From a virus (lineage: Duplodnaviria; Caudoviricetes), in the IMG/VR virus record IMGVR_UViG_3300037249_001000, positions 75,540 to 139,539 of that record: a stretch of 64,000 nt of DNA. One strand, given 5' to 3'. A program made the translations under genes and the position numbers. Under the pieces are notes generated by a model that made no database searches, was not told where the DNA came from, and saw only the letters and a list, made by a program, of their open reading frames with translations. Shown here one piece after another: positions 56,447 through 64,000 of the stretch; within the stretch, counting starts at the first letter, position 1, and each line of letters starts with the position of its first letter.

Positions 56447-56463
56447 ATTTGGGGTGATAAATA

Positions 56464-57366
56464 ATGGATAGAGATATATTTTTATTTGAAAAAATGAATG
56501 AAATATATGATAATAAAATTTCTTTTATGATAGATTCATTGAATAACCAATTAAAGATTAATATGTTAGAAGCACAATATAAAGTAATTACAGAATCAGG
56601 TACTAAAGAAGATTTTGAATATCTTTACATGGAAGCACAAGAACAAATGAAAGAAAAGAAAAAAAGTATATTTAATAGTATAATTGAGTGGGTTAAAAAA
56701 ATTAAAGATAAAATAGTAGATTTCTTTACTAAGAAGAAAATAGAAAAAAAAATAAATGATTTACCTGATAAATTTCAAATTGATGAAGGATATGAAAAAC
56801 AATTTAAAGGTTTTAAAAAATTTCACGAATGGCTTATTAGACCAATAAATCTATTTAAACAAAAAAACTATAAAGCGTTAACATTTGACCTTATTAAAAA
56901 AGGTGCAGAAATTACATCAACTGCAATCGTAATCAATCAATGCAACAATATTATTTCAATGAATAAGCCATTTTTAAAAGAATGTGCTAATTGGATTTTG
57001 AAAGTATTTAAAACAGATTGTGATGAAATATTAAAAGTTTTTAAAATAAATGATGATGATTCATTACCTATAAAAAATTTAAAAGTAATTATTAGTATGA
57101 TTAATAAATTAGTAAGTTCAGCGTTAAATTGGTGTATTATTGTACCAAGTAAAGCTATTTCTAATATATATAGTAAATCGGTAGAAAAAACATTAAATAA
57201 AACCATGTTCAGAAATCATACTATTTCCAAGAAAAACATAGATAAAATGAATGAGAATGATTGGTATGAAGAACTCGATGATGGGATACTTGATAAAAAA
57301 ACAGGAAAATTTATTTCATACGATGAAATAATAAAAAAGAATGAAGAAAAACATAAACAATGCTAA
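56464..57366 (+). CDS. Putative internal head protein, family B
   Basis: Leader MDRDIFLFEKMNEIYDNK..MLEAQYKVITESGTKEDFEYLYMEA shared with 59742 and 60833. Confidence 0.6.
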   Translation: MDRDIFLFEKMNEIYDNKISFMIDSLNNQLKINMLEAQYKVITESGTKEDFEYLYMEAQEQMKEKKKSIFNSIIEWVKKIKDKIVDFFTKKKIEKKINDLPDKFQIDEGYEKQFKGFKKFHEWLIRPINLFKQKNYKALTFDLIKKGAEITSTAIVINQCNNIISMNKPFLKECANWILKVFKTDCDEILKVFKINDDDSLPIKNLKVIISMINKLVSSALNWCIIVPSKAISNIYSKSVEKTLNKTMFRNHTISKKNIDKMNENDWYEELDDGILDKKTGKFISYDEIIKKNEEKHKQC

Positions 57367-57378
57367 GGAGGATTAATA

Positions 57379-58704
57379 ATGTATGAATTAGATAATTTAT
57401 TTTCAGAAATTATGTTAGAATCTCCAATTCTTCATAAATCAGAAGTTGATATCGCTTCTGAATATAAAATGGACATTTTAAATCATTGGGTTGATTTGTC
57501 ACATGATTTTAAAACACAAATAAGACTGACTCCTCAAGACATTGCAAAAGAATATAAAGAACGACACCACGAGAAAATGAAATTAAGTAGATTCTCAAAT
57601 TCATTTATGAAAATAAATGAAAACTTTGTTGATATTGTAGTACCTATTAATGCTACATTTCATAATAGATTTTCTGATATTTACAAAGATATTACCGACC
57701 ATATTTCTGAATATGATGTATATGACAAGGCTGATGATGATTTAAAGTTAATTAAAAAATTAAAAGAATTATTATTCTTACCAGTTGAATCAATGGATAC
57801 TATTACATATATATTCGTTGAGTTTTGTCGTATTTTAAGAAATATAGACAAAGATTGTGAAGGGCTCATTAATTGTTTTTTACGATTATTAAATTATAAA
57901 TTAGATACACTGGAGATAGAATTAAATTATTATAATCAAAATACTTATTTATCTGGTGGAAATTATTATGGAAGAATTTTATATACCATTCAATCAATAA
58001 ATGAAAGTAAAAATCTTCCTGTATTAATACCCGATTTATCTGCTTTAGTTTATTTATTTCTTAAAGAAATACATGCTCTTGAATCAGGTGGAATATTTTT
58101 TTATAAATACTTTAAACAACCCGTAGCTGATATTGTTCTTAAAAGAGTTGAAGAAATGAAAAAACAAAATATAGATTTAATGGATGTATTAGATATGATT
58201 AATATTAATTCATTCCCTAAACCTATATTAAATAAAAATAAACTAACTGAAAATTATGATAATTCCTTTATATCAGATGAAAAACTTGGTGAATATTTAC
58301 TCTTTGGTCCTAATATTTTTAGAGATTTAGAAACTGATATGAGTATATATGAAATAATTCATAAGGCTTTTTCCTTTACTAAAGAAGATATTGAAGGATT
58401 ATTTGATATAGATACAGATAGTTGTGAGGCTTTATTTATACTAAGTTCAGATAGTAAGATATTTTTAAAATTAACTGAAGATCTTCAAATTATGGATATT
58501 TTACGAAAAGAAGATGGTAGATTTTTAACTTTAATGAAATATAAAGACATTGATGATATTTATCTTGCATATGAGTGTCATTATAAGGAAAATATACATA
58601 ATGTAAGAAGTGTATTAGGTGTATCTCTTCTTGGTAAAAATGAAAATATTATTATTCCTAATGATGAAGAGAGAAAATATAAATTTATATATGGAAAGGA
58701 TTGA
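57379..58704 (+). CDS. Hypothetical, probably virion protein
   Basis: 441-aa ORF in late operon; IMLES near the N-terminus. Confidence 0.55.
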   Translation: MYELDNLFSEIMLESPILHKSEVDIASEYKMDILNHWVDLSHDFKTQIRLTPQDIAKEYKERHHEKMKLSRFSNSFMKINENFVDIVVPINATFHNRFSDIYKDITDHISEYDVYDKADDDLKLIKKLKELLFLPVESMDTITYIFVEFCRILRNIDKDCEGLINCFLRLLNYKLDTLEIELNYYNQNTYLSGGNYYGRILYTIQSINESKNLPVLIPDLSALVYLFLKEIHALESGGIFFYKYFKQPVADIVLKRVEEMKKQNIDLMDVLDMININSFPKPILNKNKLTENYDNSFISDEKLGEYLLFGPNIFRDLETDMSIYEIIHKAFSFTKEDIEGLFDIDTDSCEALFILSSDSKIFLKLTEDLQIMDILRKEDGRFLTLMKYKDIDDIYLAYECHYKENIHNVRSVLGVSLLGKNENIIIPNDEERKYKFIYGKD

Positions 58705-58709
58705 TAATC

Positions 58710-59729
58710 ATGTCTAAAGATTTAATATATAATGCAGTTACAATTCTTATGGAGAGCGATGTATCTGATAGAAAAAACTTTGGTACTGAATTTTATAATA
58801 CTAGAATGATTCTTGAAGATGTAAATTCTCCTGTAAATGTAAAATATAAAGAAAAACTTTATCAATCAGTAATTGATAAAGGACATATAGATTTTGGTAG
58901 TATTCCAGCATCTAAAGGTGATATTACAAAATATTCTGGCTATACTAACATGATGGAAGTTCTTAATGTTATTATGAAATTAGGAACAGCTGAAAAATCT
59001 AATGCTGTTAAATATGCTAAAATTGTTTTAGAAGCGATTGGTAATATTCAGTCATTATCACAAGTTTATCAAAGAGGTTTTATGACTAAAACTGAATATG
59101 TAATGCTTGAATATAATACATATGTATATACATGTGTTGAAGCAACAACAGCTTTGATATATGAGTTTGTTGAATACATCAAACTTCCGGGTAAACAAAC
59201 TTATGACATTAAACTTGTCAATACTAACCTTAGAGCAAATCTTTTTTATTTTGAGCAACTTACTAACTTTAATAATGTAAATACTAATATGCGTGATAAT
59301 TATAAAAAGATGCTTGAAGGTATGATTAACGGTGGTAAAGATAATTTTATTGGCGGAACAGAAGCTTTAGGTCTTGCTGCTATATCGTTGGCTGCTTTAG
59401 CTATTATTCCTATTACAAGAGAATTGATTTATCATTTCTATAATTTGAGAACTAATTTATCAAATGAGTTAGAATTACAAGCAGCTTTTCTTGAGATGAA
59501 TAGAGCTTGCGTTGAATCTAATGAAGAATTTACAGCTGAAAAGAAAACTAAAATTTTAGCAAAGCAAGAGAGTTGTAGAAAAACATTAATCATGCTTGCT
59601 GAAAAAATCAGAATTAAAGAAGTTAAAGTTACTAAAGATAGTAAAAGAGAACTTGAAATGGATAATAAAAAAATAACTGCTAATAATATTAGAGACGAGG
59701 TTTCTAATTCAGCATTAGAATTATTATAA
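58710..59729 (+). CDS. Putative virion protein with one hydrophobic segment
   Basis: ALGLAAISLAALAIIPITR; ILMES near the N-terminus. Confidence 0.55.
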   Translation: MSKDLIYNAVTILMESDVSDRKNFGTEFYNTRMILEDVNSPVNVKYKEKLYQSVIDKGHIDFGSIPASKGDITKYSGYTNMMEVLNVIMKLGTAEKSNAVKYAKIVLEAIGNIQSLSQVYQRGFMTKTEYVMLEYNTYVYTCVEATTALIYEFVEYIKLPGKQTYDIKLVNTNLRANLFYFEQLTNFNNVNTNMRDNYKKMLEGMINGGKDNFIGGTEALGLAAISLAALAIIPITRELIYHFYNLRTNLSNELELQAAFLEMNRACVESNEEFTAEKKTKILAKQESCRKTLIMLAEKIRIKEVKVTKDSKRELEMDNKKITANNIRDEVSNSALELL

Positions 59730-59741
59730 AGGAGAATTATT

Positions 59742-60815
59742 ATGAATAAAGATACTTTATTATTTGAAAAAACAAACCAGATATATGATAATAAATTTGA
59801 TTTTATGATTAAAAGTTTTACAAATCAATTTGAATGTAACTTATTAGAATCTCAATATAAAATTATTAAAGAATCTGGAACTAAAGAGGATTTATTTTAT
59901 TTATATACTGAGGCAAAAGAAGATTTTAAACAGAAAATGTTATCGATTATTAAACGAATTAGAGATGAAATGGTAAAATTTATAAATCAAATAAGTTATA
60001 GTATTGGTAAATTTATGACATCATTACAGATAAAAATATATTCTAAAAAAATTGAAAATATGGAAAATTTTTTAATAAATAAAATTGGATTAAGTAATGA
60101 AGATGCGATTGCATTTACTGAAAGATTTTCAACATATGCAGCAATATTAGAAAAAAAGATGATGATTTATGATAAATTTACGTTAATGGTCGAACAAAGA
60201 AATGTTAGAGGAGAACCAATTACTGAACAAGAATTAGAACAATTTGAAAGAGCTTTATCTGAAGTAGATCTACAATATAAAGACCAAAAAAAACTTATTC
60301 GTCCTCAATATACAACATGGAATTTATATAAAAAATCATTTAATCCAGAATTTTATAAATTTATGTCTATCAATGTGGATAAAACTTATTCTGCAGTAAG
60401 AAATAAAATAGATAATGAGCCAAATCCTACTATTATTAGTAGATTAACTTCATTTTTCAAACGCCAATTTAACGATATTAGCACATATTTAAAAAATACA
60501 TCTGCTGCTATGAGTGAATTAAAAGAGATCAGTAAAAATCGACATATACCAAAAGATACAACTAATTATGAAAAATTGGCAGAAACAATGTATATATTAA
60601 ATGAACTTGATCGTATAGACATTAATAATGCTAAATTGAGAAATGAAGTTAACCAAATACGTATTCAAGCTGATAGATTGGATAGAATGGGAATAGAATA
60701 TAATGATCCTGATTTATTGGCACAAGCTGAAAATCTCAGAGATAGAGCAAGAATTGCTCAAAGAGAAGCAAATTATTATAATAGAAATAGTTATAATAAT
60801 TTTTATAATTATTGA
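59742..60815 (+). CDS. Putative internal head protein, family B leader with unrelated body
   Basis: MNKDTLLFEKTNQIYDNK..LLESQYKIIKESGTKEDLFYLYTEA. Confidence 0.6.
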   Translation: MNKDTLLFEKTNQIYDNKFDFMIKSFTNQFECNLLESQYKIIKESGTKEDLFYLYTEAKEDFKQKMLSIIKRIRDEMVKFINQISYSIGKFMTSLQIKIYSKKIENMENFLINKIGLSNEDAIAFTERFSTYAAILEKKMMIYDKFTLMVEQRNVRGEPITEQELEQFERALSEVDLQYKDQKKLIRPQYTTWNLYKKSFNPEFYKFMSINVDKTYSAVRNKIDNEPNPTIISRLTSFFKRQFNDISTYLKNTSAAMSELKEISKNRHIPKDTTNYEKLAETMYILNELDRIDINNAKLRNEVNQIRIQADRLDRMGIEYNDPDLLAQAENLRDRARIAQREANYYNRNSYNNFYNY

Positions 60816-60832
60816 TAAAGGAGACAAGAATA

Positions 60833-61702
60833 ATGGATAGAGATATATTTTTATTTGAAAAAATGAATGAAATATATGATAATAAACTTTCTTTTATGAT
60901 AGAATCTTTAGATACACAAATGAAAATTAATATGTTGGAAGCACAATATAAAGTTGTTACAGAATCGGGTACTAAAGAAGATTTTGAATATTTATATATG
61001 GAAGCAAAAGAAGAAATAAAAGAAAAAAAGAAAGGTATATTTGATGGTATAATAAAATGGTTACAAAAAATTAAAAATAAAATAGTGGATTTCTTTACCA
61101 AGAAAAAAATAGATAAAAAAATTAATGCTTTACCTGATAAAGTTGAAGTAGATGAATCTAAAAAGAAACAATTTTCATTATTCGAAAAGTTTCATAAATG
61201 GTTAATGAAACCGATTAATTTATTTAAACAAAAAAAATATAAAGAATTGACTGCAGATTTAGTTATGAAAGGAAGCGAAATAGTATTAGCATGTTTTGGT
61301 ATTAAAGAAGTTTATAAATTTATCATATTGAATAAATCTGAAATAAAACAAAAAGCTGATTGGATATTTAAACATTTTAAAACAAGTTGTGATGATATAG
61401 AATCTATGTTAAAAAATACTTTAAGTCATAACGATGATGAATCGTTCCCAATGAAAATACTTAGAGATTGTGTAGGATTTATTGGTAGAATATCTAGTAA
61501 AGCATTAGATTGGATCGTAACTATAGGTCATGTACCAAATGCAGTAGCAGATAAAGTAGGTTATAGTATATATAAAGATAACCAAAGAGATAAAGAAGAA
61601 TATGCCGCTAGATATGAAAAAGAAAAAAACGGAACACTTAAAAAAGGTGATATAAAATGGGGTTATCGTACTAATATAGAACCTTTACCAAAAAAAGGAT
61701 GA
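60833..61702 (+). CDS. Putative internal head protein, family B (close paralog of 56464)
   Basis: Near-identical first 150 aa; AAGGAG RBS favours ATG 60833. Confidence 0.6.
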   Translation: MDRDIFLFEKMNEIYDNKLSFMIESLDTQMKINMLEAQYKVVTESGTKEDFEYLYMEAKEEIKEKKKGIFDGIIKWLQKIKNKIVDFFTKKKIDKKINALPDKVEVDESKKKQFSLFEKFHKWLMKPINLFKQKKYKELTADLVMKGSEIVLACFGIKEVYKFIILNKSEIKQKADWIFKHFKTSCDDIESMLKNTLSHNDDESFPMKILRDCVGFIGRISSKALDWIVTIGHVPNAVADKVGYSIYKDNQRDKEEYAARYEKEKNGTLKKGDIKWGYRTNIEPLPKKG

Positions 61703-61708
61703 TAAATA

Positions 61709-62437
61709 ATGGCTATCACACCTAAAAAAAGAGAAGCAATGGAAACTCTTATTTATGATTTTTTCACAGCGTTTGATAAAACTGGAACTAATACAAATCA
61801 TTATAAGATTCTATTTCAAAAAATGTCTGACGCCGAGTTCGATAGATATTTTAAAGCATTCTTTGCTAATAAAAAAGCATATCTTGTTTTAAATGTTGCT
61901 GATTATGAAAACAATATTAAGCTTGAAGATATTGAACGTGCAGCTAAAGTTTTAAAAATTCCATTGTTTGAAAATGTATATCTTCCACACATTTCAATGG
62001 ATAAATCTAAAGTCATTTGTACTAAAGAACCTGTACCAGTTGGATATCTTAATATTAAACGTACACAGCAAACAGTTAGTAAAAAAAATGGTATGAGTAC
62101 AAATATTGATACACGTGCAGCATTAACTGCTCAGGTTACAGGAGCAGATAAAAATGGACGTGAATCTGATGTAGAGAATACTATGTTAGTATCAATGGAC
62201 ATGGTTGATACATTACGAGAACTTAATGGTCCTCGTGCTGATGACTTAGTAATGAAGAATCAAATGTTACAAGAGATTGCTTTAAATGGATATGCAAGAT
62301 TAGATGACCTTGAGGATAATCCTGAGAATAAGACTACATTAAATACAGTAAACGTATTCTTACTTGGAATGGGATTAAATTCGGATTTAGTAACAAGCGG
62401 ACTTATGCTAAAGTCAGAATTAAAAAAAGAATTATAA
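61709..62437 (+). CDS. RNA polymerase beta subunit, extreme C-terminal fragment (probably virion RNAP)
   Basis: PVPVGYLNIKRTQQTVSKK..LTAQVTG..GRESDVE..LRELNGPRADD parallels the beta region H-I/switch motifs; lies in a late structural operon. Confidence 0.7.
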   Translation: MAITPKKREAMETLIYDFFTAFDKTGTNTNHYKILFQKMSDAEFDRYFKAFFANKKAYLVLNVADYENNIKLEDIERAAKVLKIPLFENVYLPHISMDKSKVICTKEPVPVGYLNIKRTQQTVSKKNGMSTNIDTRAALTAQVTGADKNGRESDVENTMLVSMDMVDTLRELNGPRADDLVMKNQMLQEIALNGYARLDDLEDNPENKTTLNTVNVFLLGMGLNSDLVTSGLMLKSELKKEL

Positions 62438-62488
62438 AAAAATAAAGTTGTACGGAATTTTCATGATTCCGTACAACTTCTTTAATGC

Positions 62489-62812
62489 TTATGCACAATG
62501 AGCGTTATAGAAACGCTCAACTTCTTTATAGAATTCATGAGCATTTCTCATATCCTCACTATTGAATGAACGGCTCTTCTTACCGTTCAACGACTCAACG
62601 AAACTCTGCAATTTTTCGTTGAGAAGCTCATATTCTTCGAGCTCTTCGTCTGTTACAATCTTACCCCTACCCTGATAATACCTGCCAATTTTTGTCATGA
62701 TGTAGGCAGCCTTAATCAAGTCTTTACCCTTGATTGTGGAAACAGCCATATCAACAACAATTGCTGTAAGGGCAGCAGAAGCAACACCAATAACTACTTT
62801 TTTACTTAACAT
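62489..62812 (-). CDS. Small early protein with N-terminal hydrophobic helix
   Basis: AAGGAGG RBS; early motif at 62843..62888(-). Confidence 0.6.
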   Translation of the reverse strand: MLSKKVVIGVASAALTAIVVDMAVSTIKGKDLIKAAYIMTKIGRYYQGRGKIVTDEELEEYELLNEKLQSFVESLNGKKSRSFNSEDMRNAHEFYKEVERFYNAHCA

Positions 62813-62842
62813 AATAATTTTCCTCCTTTTATTTATTTTCTT

Positions 62843-62888
62843 ATTATGTTACAAAAATAATATATCAATATATATATTAAAAATACGG
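62843..62888 (-). promoter_or_regulatory. Putative early promoter (extended motif)
   Basis: Minus strand CCGTATTTTTAATATATATATTGATATATTATTTTTGTAACATAAT. Confidence 0.72.
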
Positions 62889-62930
62889 ATAAAGAGAACT
62901 GTAAGAAATAATCTTACAGTTCTCTTATTA

Positions 62931-63743
62931 TTATGACAATTCGTTTACACTCTTAATTTGAGCACTATATGTACTCCAGTTAGAAGCTGATTTATATGTA
63001 TCAACTTTATCGTCAGATACATAGATATATCCACTACCACTTCCAATAGGAGTATTACTAAATGCATCTGTATTTATCAAGGTACATGTACCTGATATCT
63101 CTGTACCAATAATTATTTTTGTTAAACTATTGCAGTTTCTAAACGCACGTGTTTCAATACATGATATTTTTGGTAATTCTACATTATTTAATGGTATACA
63201 ACCATAAAATCCATTACCAGCAATATATGTTACTTTAGGAAGATTTACTGTTGCAAGACTGGAACAGCTATTAAATGCTGAACCACCAATATATGTTGCA
63301 TTAGGAAAATCAACACTTGTTAATTGAGAACAGTTAGCAAATGCATTTGTTTCTACGCTAGTAACATCGGTACTTTTAATTTCTGTAACGGTTCTCTGTA
63401 TAATTCCAACTGCATCTATTCCCTTAGATGTTAGAGCAAGTCTAACTGTTTCATTAATTCTATCTTCAAGAGCTTCAAGTTCTGTCATTACTGAACGAGA
63501 AATAAGTGTATAACTAGAACCATTCCAGAAAGCACACTCACCAGAAGCTTTTGCATAAAATGTATTAGTAGCACCTGTTGCGGGATAATTTTCACCATCA
63601 GGAATTAATACTACATTATTACTTACAAGCATATCACCTTTATAAAGCTGACCATTAGTTAAAAAATAAAGGGAGCCTATATCTTTTGTAACTAAACCGG
63701 TATATTGAGCTGGAGTCACTGAATAAAAATTTACATTAGCCAT
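62931..63743 (-). CDS. Putative tail-associated protein with BspA-like LRR C-terminus
   Basis: N-terminal TKDIGSLYF fibre-like motif; AFxxCxxLxxVxxP repeats; IYVSD..YKSASNWS cap; late promoter 63768..63779(-). Confidence 0.7.
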   Translation of the reverse strand: MANVNFYSVTPAQYTGLVTKDIGSLYFLTNGQLYKGDMLVSNNVVLIPDGENYPATGATNTFYAKASGECAFWNGSSYTLISRSVMTELEALEDRINETVRLALTSKGIDAVGIIQRTVTEIKSTDVTSVETNAFANCSQLTSVDFPNATYIGGSAFNSCSSLATVNLPKVTYIAGNGFYGCIPLNNVELPKISCIETRAFRNCNSLTKIIIGTEISGTCTLINTDAFSNTPIGSGSGYIYVSDDKVDTYKSASNWSTYSAQIKSVNELS

Positions 63744-63856
63744 TATTTATTACCTCCAATTTATTAATAAATAATTGTTGTGTATTTACTTTCTTAATAA
63801 ATAGCGTGACTAAACTTATTAGTCACGCTATTATATATTAAATTAATTAACTATTA

Positions 63857-64000
63857 TTAGAAAGTTTTCCATGTAAGAGTTGTTGTTGCAACTGTATCAT
63901 CTACATATTTCTTTGTAGCAGCATTAAGGTCGGTTGTTGGGGCACCTGCAAGTGTAACTGCACCCGTAAATGTACCACCTGCGGTAGGCATAAATGATGT
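63857..64000 (-). CDS. C-terminal end of a tail-fibre-like protein, partial
   Basis: MPTAGGTFTGAVTLAGAPTTDLNAATKKYVD fibre repeat motif. Confidence 0.7.
   Translation of the reverse strand, partial: TSFMPTAGGTFTGAVTLAGAPTTDLNAATKKYVDDTVATTTLTWKTF

Noticed and set aside
1-64000. Genome-wide TAG-to-Gln recoding (code 15)
   Set aside because: Long late and replication genes are open in code 11 with no internal TAG, and TAG at 5569 and 33220 is followed directly by terminators
1-64000. Phage nucleus (chimallin/PhuZ) system
   Set aside because: No recognisable chimallin or tubulin gene in this window; cannot be judged from this segment

Overview
A very AT-rich, gene-dense segment of a jumbo myophage of the phiKZ/AR9(PBS1)-like supergroup. 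The host is probably an anaerobic Firmicute (inferred from NrdD/NrdG, a TSCPD protein, BspA-type repeats and Firmicute-style tRNAs and RBSs). It encodes subunits of two multisubunit RNA polymerases, a split family-B DNA polymerase, a DnaB helicase, RecA/UvsX, class III ribonucleotide reductase, dUTPase, portal, prohead protease, neck/baseplate and internal head proteins, and four tRNAs. Three group I introns can be mapped to the nucleotide: in recA, in the RNAP beta' NADFDGD motif, and in dnaB (with an HNH endonuclease). Two promoter classes are visible: an early TATATTAT-type motif and the AR9-type AACA-N6-TA motif. Main leads: (i) enzyme cargo (P-loop kinase, GNAT, ADP-ribosyltransferase-like domain) carried on shared leaders and on a 796-aa polyprotein with repeated Glu-site linkers, possibly cut by the prohead protease; (ii) a 64-nt pseudoknot-like 5' leader present twice, 45 kb apart; (iii) AR9-type promoters, which depend on uracil in AR9, in a phage with an intact dUTPase; (iv) a fused nvRNAP beta'; (v) two in-frame amber codons in otherwise intact genes; (vi) a candidate -1 frameshift. 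All calls come from reading motifs by eye; no database search was run.
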